A stretch of DNA of 64,000 nt from the human T2T-CHM13v2.0 reference genome, Homo sapiens: NCBI RefSeq assembly GCF_009914755.1, contig NC_060929.1; one strand, given 5' to 3'. How positions within the stretch are numbered: position 1 is the first letter of the stretch; each line of letters begins with the position of its first letter. Below are positions 35,123 through 49,110 of the stretch, piece by piece. Both the position numbers and the translations under genes were made by a program. The notes beneath the pieces were generated by a model. It made no database searches. It saw nothing but the letters and a program-made list of their open reading frames with translations, and was not told the DNA's origin.

Positions 35123-36158
35123 GTACAAAATCCCGACTTGTTTTGTTTTGTTTTATTCATTGAAGGGACTGAGCTTGAAGGCCAGATTGGCCCAAGCAGA
35201 AATGTCTCTCTGAGCTGACATAAGAGAAGAGTCAAAGAAAGAGGAGAAAGCTTTTATAAGAATAAGGAGGCCTTTTGTCCAAAAAATTGGAGTTTGAGCT
35301 AAGTTTAATTAGGCATCTAGGTTGGGGGCTTCATGTGACATGTGTGCAACTGTGAGTGATATTATTCTTTGAAAGAAACTGGAAGAGTGGAGAAAGATTC
35401 CAATCTCTATTCCACTTCATACAAGCAATTCCAGGCAATTCAGCTACTAATCTTTCTAGGGCCTTATTTCACCTATAGATTGGAGATAATAACAAGAGCC
35501 TTGTAAGTTATTTTAGTTCAAGTGAGAGGTTGTGAGTTAAATAATCTTGCATTGATTGCCTAATAGATTCTTTTCCCTTCCTCCTCCATTGTATCTTCAC
35601 TTTCTCCTGGACTCAAGTCTCTAACTTAAATGCAAACATTCTATTAATTTTAGTGAGCCTATCAACTAATACCTAGGTATAACCTCGGGGTCCAGAAACT
35701 TAATAGTTACCTGGAACAGTTTTTAGGGTAGTTAGAAAGAAAAAAGAATTTCAAGGAATGAACAGGGATTCATTCTGAAGAAGTTCACTTAGAGAACACA
35801 GGCCATTCAGGAAGCTACAAACAGGTAGGGATATAAAGTTTAGATCAGACAGTGGACAAAGATAAAGATGGAGAACTAGTCTTGGAGGACTTGTATACTA
35901 TTCTAAGACAATATTTTCTTCTAAAGAGGCCATTAAAAATCTTCTAAGTGAGGAAGTCACATGGTCAGATTTGCTTTTCAAAAAGATTACTCTGGGAATA
36001 GTATAAAGGCAGATCAGAAAAGTAAAGACCAGTTAAGAGGTTGGTGACCAGATAAGGAGAAAATCCTAAGCAGTCCCTGAAGGGGAAGGAGAAGCTGCAG
36101 AAAGTTAGGAGGAAAAACTCTCAGGAGCAAAGAAAAAGGAAATGTCAAAGGAAAATAT

Positions 36159-36506
36159 TGTTATGGACTGAATGTTTGTGTCTCTCCAATATTCATATGC
36201 TGAAATCTAATCCCCGGTGTCACGGTATTTGGAGGGAAAGCCCTTCGGAAGTAATTAGGTCATGAGAATGGAGCCCTCATGAATTAGATTCGTGCCATTA
36301 TAAGAAGAGGCCAGAGGTTGCTCTCTTTCTACCATGTGGATACATGCTATGTGGGCAGTCTGCAACCCTGAAGATGCCCTCACCAGAACCTGACTATGCT
36401 GACACCCTGATCTCAGACTTCCAGCTCCCAGAACTGTGAGAAATAAATGTTTGTTGTTTAAGCCATCAGTTTATGGTATTTTGTTATAGCAGCTTGAGCT
36501 AAGACA
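36159..36506 (+). mobile_element. MaLR solo LTR (MLT1A-like)
   Basis: tgttatggactgaatgtttgtgt...cagaactgtgagaaataaatg...ctaagaca; TG...CA ends; 5-bp TSD aatat both sides. Confidence 0.9.
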
Positions 36507-38435
36507 AATATCAAGGCTTTGCCATTGATATTCAGTACAGACCGTATATACCCACAGGTTTGCGCTAAGATAATTTTCATTCCAAACACATATTTCAGCA
36601 ACACAAGACTAAAGAGGGTGTTAAAGAATGCTACTGAGGAAGCTTTTGTCTGGGAAGTTGTTTGAACAAAGTTACAGGACAATTTTTGCAAACAGGTTTA
36701 AAAAAAGTTACAATTATGTATGCTATTTACGTATTCTTGTTGTAATTTTAGGAATCAATTTTATTTCCCTGGGGGGACTGTAGGAGAGCATCTGTGTTTC
36801 CATCATATACTATCAATCTTAGGATATAACAGTCTTTTGTTCTTCACCTTTGTCAATTACTGCATACAGTATTCCTTAGAGAAAACAAGGAGTTTGAACA
36901 GATTATCTTTAGCACCTACCCAGCTCTAACATTCATTTATTATCTGATTTCTGAAATTGTACTATCTGGGTTAGGTGTTGGTTTTAAGGTTGTTCATTAT
37001 AGTTAGCCTGGATGGGGTCAGCTATGTTTGTAGAGGGAATTCCTAAACTGACCAGTTACTTGTCAAGGATCCCATCCAATACCATGATCCTGGAATTCTG
37101 TGAGTTTAGCTCAACTGTTCTTCAGGGGTACATGTTTTCTATTTGAAATTGAGGTATTCTCAGAAATAAAGCTATTAATAAATAGAAAGTTCTGGAGTAT
37201 ATTTACACTCACTCTGCTTATCTCCACTCCTACCCCTACCATATTCCCATCCAATACTTTGCCAGTTGACTTACCAATTTCTTCTTAATTTCTGTAACTG
37301 TCACCTTCAGTCAAATTCTCATCTGTGTATTTCTAGATTCATATAATGGTCTACTACTGGATCTCCTTGGATTCACTTTTTCTCAACACAGTCCTATTTA
37401 TAAAGTCAGAATAATCTTCCTTAAACCCTGGTTTTATTGTTTCATTCTTTTAAGAACCTGCTGCACAACTCTCTCCTACTTATTGTATTAATGTCACACT
37501 TCTGTTCACATAGGCCTTTTTCGGCTGCTTTTCAATACCTTTCCCTTTTATTTACATCTAAGACTATCCCATCCAAGACTGCCCATCTTAGCCAATCTTT
37601 CCACCTGGAAATAATTTGCTGGCTTCTGCCTGTATGACTTTTCTAATGTCATTTTTATATTTGTGTCTAGGCCTTTCTATAACTGTCTAGAAAATTCCTG
37701 ACATTTACAGGCACTCAGCAAATATTTGTGAGTGAATAATCAGTAAGTATGCTTGTTTTCTATCAGATAAGAATATTTATTTCCAAATGAGATTCAAACA
37801 GTAATACTGGCCTGGGTGTGGCTTCCTACATGTAATCACCCTCGTCTATCTCTTGTTCTCAGTCTTTTGCTTTCAAACTCTTTCTCTTTTTTTAAAAGAG
37901 TATTAGGAACTAACATTGCCAAAATTTGGTAATGGTCAAGCAGATCATGGTGTCTTACTGAAGTGAAATATTAACATTAAAATAAAAATGACAAGTATTA
38001 TGGTATATCATTCATATGTAATGATCCTTACAAAATAGAGTAAAATTTTAAAAGAATTCACCAATACACCAGTATGATGTTTGGGAGAAACAGATGAATG
38101 CACAAAGGTGCATCTGATGCAAACACCCCCAGAAAAATGAGCATAAGTTCATATTATCAATATTTTTCACTCTAAAAGTGTTCACTGACTTCCCTGAAGT
38201 CACCAAGGACTCCAAGTTAAGAATACTTTCCTGAGTGAAGAAAAGAAAGCAATTATTTTAATCAACACTGCCCCAGAATCTTTTATTCGGAATCGCTATC
38301 TCTGCTTTCTTCTTCTTCTTTTTTTTAACTTTCTCATAAATCTCTGTTTAGCATTTATATCTCTCTCACTATGAGATACCTAAGGGTTAAGAAGTAATGC
38401 CAAAGAGACATTTGTCCAGTTGAAGACTGGGATTA

Positions 38436-38795
<360 letters not shown>

Positions 38796-39555
38796 TTAAA
38801 CAGGCTATGAACAGAGTCTCAGAAAGGTAATTTCTTATGTACAATTTTTAATCTCATTACTTGCATTACAAGCAACACATATGAGTGATAAACTATTTTG
38901 GCCTACTGGTAAACCTACATTTGTTAACTGTGTGTGCATTATAGAGAACAAATTTCAGAACTCAAGAGTATATCGGTTATATTTGGCTTATCCAGTTGTA
39001 TATGAACTGGCTCCATACACGAATAAGATAAATTAGTTTTATAATTTTACAAGAATATCTATGGAGATTTAGATTTGGCTAAGAAAGTTATTATACACAC
39101 AGAAGAATCCACAACCTATAAGAGCTCTTCATGGGAAATAGTGTGATAGATCAGAAAGAGCATGGACTTTTGAGTCACTCAGAACTTGAATTCCAGCCTT
39201 GCCATTGTTCTAGTTGTATTATCTGAAATAAGCCATTTAAAAGACCTGAGCACATTGTATACATTGAGAATTACAGGGTTATTATGAGAAATGCATAAGA
39301 AATGTAAAGTACCAAGGGCTGTATCTGACATATAGAAGGTATTCAATCAATAGTAGGTATACTGAACCACTTTGCAGAGTTGTTTAAATAAGTTAATTTT
39401 AAATAAGGTAGTTAATATTTGAGAGTTTCCTTCCTTTTCCACAGATTCTCAATCCTAAAACAGTTACTATTTTTCCATCATCACCATCAACCCTCAAATA
39501 TTAACCAGTTCTGAGCCAAATGTGAGTGAACAACCTATGATTTAGAATAGCTTTT

Positions 39556-39847
39556 AGACCAGGCACAGTGGCTTACGCCTGTAATCCCAGCACTCTGGGA
39601 GGCTGATGCGAGCAGATCACTTGAGGCCAGGAGTTCAAGACCAGCCTAGACAACATGGCAAAACCGCATCTCTACTAAAAATACAAAAAGTAGCCAGGTG
39701 TGTGTGGCACATGTCTGTAGTTCCAGCTTCTTGGGAGGCTGAGGCAGGAGAATCAATTGAACCCTGGAGGTGGAGGAGATGGTGCCACTGCACTCCAGCC
39801 TGGGCAACAGAGTGAGACTCTGTCTCAAAAACAAACAAACAACAAAA
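39556..39847 (+). mobile_element. Alu (AluS-like) with right-arm deletion
   Basis: Dimeric Alu lacking the gttgcagtgagcc segment; TSD tagaatagctttta. Confidence 0.95.
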
Positions 39848-41828
39848 TAGAATAGCTTTTACAAGACCACACCAAATCATGAAAAGTCAACTATGTAGGA
39901 AGAATATGTATTTGTCATTGGTTAATGACAGAGCATCACTTACACTGAGGTTACTGGGAAGATCATTTCAAACATTTCCCAAAGAATGTTCCAATCAATA
40001 TTGTCCTTATAAGATTCTCCTTACTAATGACGTTTTGTGGTCAAACAAGCTTGGGAAATATTGTATATGTAGGCTTTTTACAGTGATTTCTAATGGACAC
40101 GAACCTACCAAAAGCTAGAAGGTCCACAGCAAAATGAGATATTTAATTTTATTAACAAGCATTATCTAAACCTGTTTGATTTTAGAATGCATTTTTCACA
40201 CAACAACTATCACCTCTTGAAGAATACCTGGAATAGGTTTTCCTATACCTATACCTATATGTCAGGTAACTCCAAAACATTAACAAATACATGTGTTTAG
40301 TAGGTTCCCATATGGTTGAAATCTCCACTAACGACATTTTATTTCTCTTCCTCCTGACTTTGTATGCTATCGAGAAATGGTCAGAGAGTAATCTTCCTCC
40401 CTCCCTTTCTTCTTTTCTTTCTCTCATTTTTTTCCCCCTGAAAGAGAATAGTCAAAAAATCCATACATATTTATTGAGCCTCTCTGATGTGATAGTTGCT
40501 GTGAAATACAAGAACATGAAAGATTCAGCAGCCTGGGCCCAGGAAGGAACCATAATAACCTGCTGAGAAAATCAGACACATGATCGGCTGCTGCCTAGAG
40601 ACAGTGTAAGGTAGCATATAAATCATTCAGCCTGGGAGTGCTACTGTAGTTCGAGCAGGGAGAGGGAGGTATGGACTATAGCTCAGTGTGCTGGGTTTCA
40701 GGAAGAAGGTGAACTTGGATGTAGGTCTTCAAGGAAGACTGTGGTTTTAATGGCTGTGGGAGGAGGGAGTCCGCTGGCATTGTTTTCAGGTGTAGGAAAT
40801 GTCTGCAGCCTGAATAAAGGTTGTATGTGTGGACAGTAAATGGGCTGGGTGGAGTAGACACATTCCAGGGAGGAGAAGGGATATAGAGTTGAACACTTAA
40901 ATGTGTGGCCTTGAGCTAGTGGATATTGTGGGAATTGGATAAGTGCACTGGTAGCCTAAGAGGATAGAATGGAGAAGAGAGAAGGATGGAGACTAAGGAG
41001 CTATTGTGGTAGTCCAGATGCAGTGGAAAGCAAAGAGTTGTGGAGGTATCCACTTTAGTGGTCTACGATGACAGTTACAAGCAATAGAAAGAGTATGACT
41101 TGGGAACAGTGGTTCAAATGCTGGCTCTGCAACTTAGCAACCATGGGGCAAATTTGGGCAAATTAACTTCTCTGTACCTCAGTTTTCTTTTTTGTAAAAT
41201 AGGGCTAAAAATACATTCCCTAGAAGGTGGCCTCCAGGCCATTTTCCCACACTTTATTTGAATGTTAAAACTAACTTTAATCTAAAAATCATATATTCAT
41301 ATCTCTATCTTTTTTGGCGGTTCAGTTCAACTTAAATGTGTTATTTGTTAAAAACTTGTAATTATCATCTATTACATGTAAAATATAAGAGCTGCTTTTA
41401 ATAGTAATTCATCTCCTCCCTATCTTTTTTTAAAACATGGTCAAAATTAACAAAACAATCTTGTATTTTTGATACTAGTAGTGGTATCACTACTACTAGA
41501 GGTACAAGGACTCTTGTACCTCTCTGAAAAGTAGCATAATTAGCAACAGTATTGATGGTATCTGCTATTTTAGATTATTTAAACTGTAGTCACTAAGGTA
41601 AGCAAGGGGAAGAAGGCATGTCATTTATGTGTTTTTCATCCTTAAGATTAGCGTTTGGAAGCATATATTATTCCACAGCAATCTGGATAGGTCTTGCCAT
41701 GCCCTGATCTTGTAAGCCCAAATTTTATTTTGAATACTCCAGCTTTGCACTTAAATGACAGCTCCTTGATAAAAGAAAAACAATTGCCTAACAATTTTCT
41801 TCCAATTGTCTGAAAACATAATGGGTGT

Positions 41829-41832
<4 letters not shown>

Positions 41833-41864
<32 letters not shown>
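41833..41864. repeat. (CA)n microsatellite
   Basis: Seen directly. Confidence 0.97.
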
Positions 41865-41868
<4 letters not shown>

Positions 41869-42133
41869 TCTAGGGCATATTTACTAGATAGTATTATGTA
41901 ATGTGTAGACATTTTTAATTATGATAATTAAGACAAAAATATGTGTAGCAAGTTTTTGATTTGAGACAAATTTGAGATTTACTAAAATTATTATATGTGT
42001 GTCCTTCTGAAGACTTCATATTTTCATTATATATCTTCATTCTTGAAGTATAACTCTTAAATTGTTGAATTAAGTTTTATGAATTAAGTTGTTTTGTTTT
42101 TTGTTTTTTGTTTTTTTTTTTTTTTTTTTTTTT

Positions 42134-42387
42134 GGCCAGGCACGGTCGCTCATGCCTGTAATCCCAGCACTTTGGGAAGTCGAGGTGGGCAGATGACTTG
42201 AGGCCAGGAATTTGAGACCAGCCTGGCCATCAAAGCAAAACCCCATCTCTACTAAATCTAATCTTGTGCCTCAAGCGAGGCACAAGACTCACTTGAACCT
42301 GGGAGGCAGAGGTTGCAGTGAGCTCAGATCGTGCCACTGCACTCCAGCCTCAGGGACAGAGTGAGATTCTGTCTCAAAAGAAAAAAA
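42134..42387 (+). mobile_element. Alu with internal deletion at the start of the right arm, preceded by a long T-rich tract
   Basis: Left arm intact to ctctactaaa; resumes at gaggcacaagactcacttgaacc; A-rich tail. Confidence 0.93.
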
Positions 42388-44880
42388 TTTTTTTCCATTT
42401 TTACCAATACCACTATTCTCAATTCATCCACTATTTCACTAGGAATTACTAATTCAGTTTACATAATTTATTCAATGAATAAATTATTCAATGAAGAAGC
42501 TTCTGGGTATTTAGATGCTACATGCTAATTTCAATTGGCATATTTTGTTTTTCAAATTTGTTCTTGGTGACCCAATAATTATACCTGTCCACCTTGAAAG
42601 TGTCTTTCTTCATCACCTTCAAGGCCACCGCTAACAAGACCTTTGAAAAGAAGTAAACAGTAGAGAATTTCAACTTCTGTGATGACCACCGTCTTCTTCT
42701 GAATCCCCAGACTCCACTCATACAAGGTTTTGGGGAAGTTTAAATGAAATGAAGCAGTGGCTTACAAAGTTTATTGACAGTAAACTACAGTAAAATTTAT
42801 ATTTTATACTATAACCTGGTAGATTTGTTTAAAGTAAGAGGTGCTCACTTTTGAAGGCATGTGGATGCTGGCTTTCAGTAATATAAAAAAAATGTACAAA
42901 AAGGTTTTATACCTATATTTATTTTTAAAAGGTAGAGGAGAGCAGTGGACTCCTATTTAAAGAAACTCTTGTGTTTTATAAATAATAGTCATGGCAAAAT
43001 TTGTTTACAGTCTTTAACAAACCATGCATTTCAGTATAAATTAAACCAATAAAAAGAATTATATATATAAAATAAAAAGGAAATGTATATATAGGAACAG
43101 TATATACCATACACATAAGAGTAAATATATATTCGAGCCAATACAGAGAATTGAAACATAATTTAACATGAAATAACATTTATCCTTACTATGTATGATT
43201 CACTCTGATGTTTTCTATTTTATTTAATTTTAAAGTATTAATTGTGACCCCTTAAATTGATTTTGAAATCTACCAATTGGTTTGAAAACACTGAGGTAAG
43301 AAATTACCTTGCTTAATAAATGTTAGTTTTGTTTCCCTCTTCCCTCTTCCTCCCTTTTTATAATTAAAAAACTCTCCCTCTACTTCTCTACTTCACGTGA
43401 GAGTAGAACACATAAAAAGATTTCAGTTAACTACTGTGCATATTTTTTGAAGTAATTTCTCCATAATGTGTGAGTTTTCTCAGGGTACTACAAGTTTACC
43501 AACAGAACACATAAAGCAGCGGCCACTCACTGAAATGCCTATAGGAGACAGATAGACCATATGAATGAATGAATGACATGGTTGCTGGGCATCCTGGTTG
43601 CAGTGGCTAGAACTGTGGAGGGTAGGAGCAGACCACCATATATCCTAGGCATTTCATTGGCAAATGAACAGGAGAAGGACACCTTTCCGTTTGGCCCTCA
43701 TTTTCCTAGATCTTTCCTCCCTTCCTCTGTCAATCCCTCCTACATAGCCTATGTTCCCAAAGCACCCCTTGTATTATAATAATAATTATTATGATATCTG
43801 TCCTTAATCAAGAACTTATACTGGATTTTTAATGCCTTTAGGTCTTCCCCAAACTTCAGTTCATCTATTCGAAGTCCCTATAAAATCTACCTCCTTAGAC
43901 TTGTCTGCCCCCATTATTCCCCTGTGGTTGACCTCACCTCCATCTCTATCTTTTGTCAGCAAGTTTCCTCAGAGTTCCCTCTCTGCATACTTGTTCATGC
44001 TGGGTTATTTGTTTTTGCCACTTGATCATCTAGACCTTTTTCCCTCTTTCCCTCCTTCTATTCAATTTCTGCCTTTCACTGCTGTACAAAGGAGGGGCAG
44101 GGAGGCCCTCCAGGGTGGAGGGAATCAGTCTTGAGATAACTGAGAGATTCAGGGTGATGAGTCCCAAAGTTGAAGAGAATCCACATACTTCTTCTGTTTT
44201 TGTTTTACCTAGCAAGGAGCCTTTTCTATAGACAAAGTTAGGAAACCAGAGGTTATGACGTGATTCATCTTTGCCTACTTAAACTTTAGCTTGATTCATC
44301 ACTTCTCAACAAATACTTGTTGAACCCCACCAGTAATACGAGAAGCTTGGTATTCTATGAGGTGCTCAACTTCCAAAGCTTAGTTCAGAAGAATTCTGGC
44401 CTCAAGGCGTCTACCATCTAGAAGCAAACAACTAACAAATGAACAAATGCAGTGATTTCAAAAGAAATTAAGGTGTGCTGTGGTAGAGGCATGCACAGGT
44501 CAGAAAAGTTCAGAGGTTCCAGACAGGCTTCCTGGGGAGGATATCCATGCCCCGCCTCCACCTGGTAGTTCATGATCAGAGTTTGCAAGCTTGGCTGGGA
44601 TAGAGGGAATAGCGTGTGAACCACAGAAGGAGTGGATCTGGTGGCTCAGACACGGCAAGAACCAGCTCATGGCACTAGGCTGCAGGCACACCATGCACAA
44701 AACAGTCTTTTCTTTCCCCAGTTCTCCAAATTCTCTAAAGTGGAAGCCTAGGGGTGAGGGTAAGAAGGAGGTAGGAAGCTACAACCACTGGAGCAAAGGA
44801 CGAAAGAAGGGGCTTGAGTGTCTAAAAGTGCAGAAACTCAACTGACTGGACGCTGAGACAATGTTTAAAAAGGAGTTTTT

Positions 44881-45289
44881 TTGTTTGTTTGTTTTCTTGT
44901 GTTTTTTTTTACTTTAAGTTCTGGGATACATGTGCAGAACGTGCAGGTTTATTACATAGGTATACATGTGCTATGGTGGTTTACTGCACCCATCAACCCA
45001 AACTAGGTTTTAAGACCCGCATGCATTCGGTATTTGTACTAATGTTCTTCCTCCCCTTGCTCCCCCAACCCCCACCAGGCCCCAGTGTGTGATGTTCCCC
45101 TCCCTGTGTCCATGTGTTCTCATTGTTCAACTCCCACTTATGAGTGAGAACATGCAGTGTTTCGTTTTCTGTTCCTGTGTTAGTTTGCTGAGAATGATGG
45201 CTTCCAGCTTCATTCACGTCCCTGCAAAGGACATAAACTCATTCTTTTTTATGGCTGCATAGTACTCCATGGTGTATATGTGCCACATT
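44881..45289 (-). mobile_element. 5'-truncated L1PA 3' end (~400 bp)
   Basis: actttaagttctgggatacatgtgcagaacgtgcagg...tatgtgccacatt; TSD ttaaaaaggagttttt (44865-44880) / ttaaaaatgacttttt (45288-45303). Confidence 0.95.
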
Positions 45290-46919
45290 AAAAATGACTT
45301 TTTAAAGTGGCAACTGTGGGAGGCAAAGGAGAAAAAACAGGAGCTGCCAGATAAGGGAGTGAAGAGAACCCAGCACTTTGAGAATTCCGTTACATTTTGC
45401 AGCTTGAATTCTTCACTTTTTGCTCCCATTATGTGCCTCTTTCTCCTCTCCATGAACTGGGCCCTGTGGACCCAGGATCCTGCTGTCTTTGCAGGGCAAA
45501 GAATGGTTAGAAATGAATTCATTAAGGTGAGAAACCATTGCTGGCATAATTCTCCTTCACGGAAACCTGGCACTTAAATTTAACCTGTTTGGTTAGATCC
45601 AGCTCTGCCTCCCCCATTTCTTTCTGCAGAAACAAGGCTGGCAGATCCCTGTTCCTCTTAATCCTTGAATGGACCAAATGCTGGGTTATGCTGGGGCAGT
45701 GAGGGACCTTACAAACACTGAAATTTAAGAGAACAGTTTTTGGAGTAAGGCAGTCCTTGTTTCCAAATCTGAGCTTTGCCACTGACTGACTAGCTTGGCA
45801 CCTTATAAAAGTGAATTAACCTAGCTTGTTTTCTAATTTATAAAATGGAGAAAGCAGTACCTATATCACAGTATGATTCTGAAAATTATTTAAATAGGAC
45901 TATGTATGTAAAGCAGTGCCTGAAAAATAGCAAGTGGTCCTAAAGTCACTATGATGATGAATTTTATATGCAGGCACCTAGAGCATGTTAGGATTTTTGG
46001 GATCTTTCCCAGCTCACACTGAAGCTTCACTCTTCTCCAACAGTCTGTTATCCAATGCTGGATAACTGAGATAGTCTTCCCAGCATTTATCAATGTGGTT
46101 AGGAACAGTAATCCTGGAAAGCATTCTCAAATTATTTATCTAATTAAACAAGCAAACCTTTTTAGCCCAGACATCCTAAATCTCTGTAGCTTGTCTTCGC
46201 TGATTTGGTCAGAATAGCTCAGATGGTAGGAAGGGCTTTCTGGGTAGAAAAAAATAAATTAGCAGTCTGGAAAACAAAAGATCTCTGCTTAAAAGAGTCT
46301 CTAAAACAGCCTGATCAGCCTGTGTATTTTGCCATATTATCTAGCATTAGTAGGGGACTGGGAAAAATCCAGGGCTCCTTGTAGAGATAGAGACTGGCAA
46401 ATATTATGTTTGATGCATGAGAACCAAATCAGAAGTTAACTCTTTAAGTTATTAAATCACTAAACAGTCTATCACAATTATGTGTTTATTACTAGACTGA
46501 ATTTCTCTGGGGCTGGAACCATAATGAATTCATTTTTTGATCTCTGGTGCTAAACACTGGCTGTCATATACTAGGTATCCAATAAATGTTTGTTGAATGG
46601 AACTGAAAAAGCATGAAACACTTCCCCTGTTAAGGCTTCTTTTCTATAATATTTCCATAGTTTCTAATGCATCTGAGAATCATTAACTGGACTGTTAGAG
46701 GAATATGAATATGGTTGAGGGAGCTACAAACTTCATGCTCTGAGATGTCACATGATTAGTGTAACTTTTGTTCCAGGGGAGAGAAATCCCTAAGAGAGTG
46801 ACTGTTCTCCATGCCCACCCACCCACAGTGTCCTATAGAGCCTTTCATTCTCCAGATGCCTATAATGACTATCACATTGATTTGTTTACATATCTATTGC
46901 CTTGTCTTCCTTATAGGTA

Positions 46920-47051
46920 CAGAGTCCATACATCCTAATTGGCCTGGAACTTCCAAGGTCTATGCCTGTTATACCAGTGTAATTATGAATAGCATTGCCT
47001 TTCATTCTAAAAAGTGTTCTGGTTTGAATGCTAAATCATCTAGACACCCTG
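46920..47051. mobile_element. MER81-like hAT-Blackjack DNA transposon relic
   Basis: tatgcctgttataccagtgtaattatgaatagc..ctttcattctaaaaagtgttctggtttg..caccctg resembles the MER81 consensus as recalled. Confidence 0.7.
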
Positions 47052-48319
47052 CTTATGAGAGGGTTCACTGTACATCGTTTAGTCCCCCAACTCCCCTCCC
47101 CTTGGAAATCTGGGTACTACCCTCTACCGGGGGCTTTCCACTATGGAGGCAGCTCTCTCAATCACAGCATTCAGGAGGTGTAAGTCCACTCCCAACAGAA
47201 CAGACACCTGTCTACAAAGAGACTCTTGGTGGAAGAAAAAAAAAAATCACTTCCGTAAGTTTAAGTCTTCCTTTTAAACTTGGGTCTCTTTTGCACATCA
47301 GAAACAAAGAATCTCTAATAATTACATCCCTAAATGTACTGAAGTCTAGAAGACATGCCCATTTGAAAACTCTAATCTAGTAATTAAAGCTTCTCAGGTT
47401 AAACTGCACCTTAATAATGTAGCTTATTTTGTCAAGATCAGTTAAGGCCCTGTAATGTGATTTGGAATAAATGGACAGACAGAAATTAAAATGTGCTGGA
47501 CAAGGTAATCAGAAATCTCACTTCATTTAGTCAATAACAATGGCAATTCAGCGGGTTCCTTTTACTACTGGGATGTAATTGTGCTTGGCTTTAATTTCTT
47601 GTAATGATGGAACAAATTAAATTACTTCATACTTTTAGGAACATTTGGCTACATCATGTTTTGGCGCTTCCATAAACCCCACTGGAAATTAAATCAGCTC
47701 TGTGGTTGCTCATTCTCCCTCTTTAGTGCCATGTCTGCCTTCTGTCAGCAAAATGGTAATATTGTCTACCTTAATCCACCAGATGCAGTTGAGTTAAAAG
47801 AAATTACCTCTCCCACCTCTTTCCTTTCAAATCTCCCTATTTGTAGCTATCAAATTTTGGCATGCCTGCTGGAACACAGTCTTGTTAGAACAAGCACGGT
47901 AATTCTCTCATGAGACTTTAGGACTCTCTCTACGACAAGGTCAGAATGTACCTGTGATTCAAATTTAGATGAGGATATGAGTTGGTAAGAACATGAAGAG
48001 CATCAGACAGTTTTCAGGACACCCACTACTTTTATTTTGTGCTATCAGTTTTTCCTTTCCCAAATTGCAGGTGGAGATGCAATCTTTAACGCTGGAAATC
48101 TCTTGCTATATGCCATTAAAATTAATTAGTCTAGCACATTTTATCTTTAGGCCCTTACCTAGGGCAGGTAAAATATTCTAGCACAAAATAACACAACTTT
48201 CCTGAACACCATGGCTACTAAGTTCATATGGTAAAGATTATACTATACATTACCTTGCAAATAGAGTGTTGCAGACTGATATTAAATATTTAAAATGTAT
48301 GCAGGATTATTAATAGGCA

Positions 48320-48860
48320 ACATTGTGGCAGAGACTGCTAAATGTCCCCTAATATTGATGCTTTTCTTCATCACTTGTTTTCAAATACCTGTTTTCATGT
48401 AAGCATGTGACTGCCCAAAATAGAGAAAATTCACAGCCTCCTTGGTTGCCAGGTGTTGCCATATAACTAAGTTTTGGTGAATGAGTTGGTAGTAGAAGCG
48501 TTATGTAGATATTATATGATGTGCTAGAAACTTCCCTTAAGAGAAATTTGTCATCTATCTTTTTATCTGCCTGTATTTATTGTTTTCTCTTTCCTACTGG
48601 CTAGAATGTGAAGTTGATGGCTGGAGTCGGAGCAGCCATATTGGATGGTGAGTTGAATTTAGCAACAGAGGCTACACCTCACAGTGCAATAAGATGGAAA
48701 GAGCACGTGTCCTTGAAGACTGTACTGGATAGAGGTGCCATATTAACCTCGGACTGCCAACTTTCAGATTTTACATGAAGGAGAAATATCTGTCTTCCTT
48801 AAGCCACTTCTATTTTAAATCTCTCTATTTACTGCTGAATAAAATCTCAACTAACGCAAA
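48320..48860. mobile_element. Old MaLR LTR (MLT1-type) relic
   Basis: tgtggcagagactg..cagcctccttggttgccaggtgttgccatataactaagtt..gatggctggag..gcagccatattgga..ttaagccact motifs. Confidence 0.65.
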
Positions 48861-48995
48861 CACCAATAACAAAAAATTCCTATTCACTCATGATATAGGA
48901 TTATACCTTAGTCTTTTTTGTGTCATATATCTGTTCATTCACCATTTTTGCTTTGATGTTCAATAAACATCTCAAATTTAACATATCTATAAAAA

Positions 48996-49110
48996 TTTTT
49001 TAAATTTTACGTTCAGGGGTATATGTGCAGGTTAGTCATATAGGTAAATTGCATGTCATGGGGTGCTGGTGTACAGATTATTTCACACCGAGGTAATAAG
49101 CATAGTACCC
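48996..49110 (-). mobile_element. Short old L1PA/PB 3'-end fragment
   Basis: gttcaggggtatatgtgcaggtt..ataggtaaattgcatgtcatgggg..gtacagattattt..aagcatagtaccc. Confidence 0.85.

Noticed and set aside
46811-47380. 189-aa ATG-initiated ORF on the + strand
   Set aside because: Runs through a MER81-like relic and an A-run, no recognisable protein features or promoter; one ORF of this size in 64 kb by six frames is plausible by chance.
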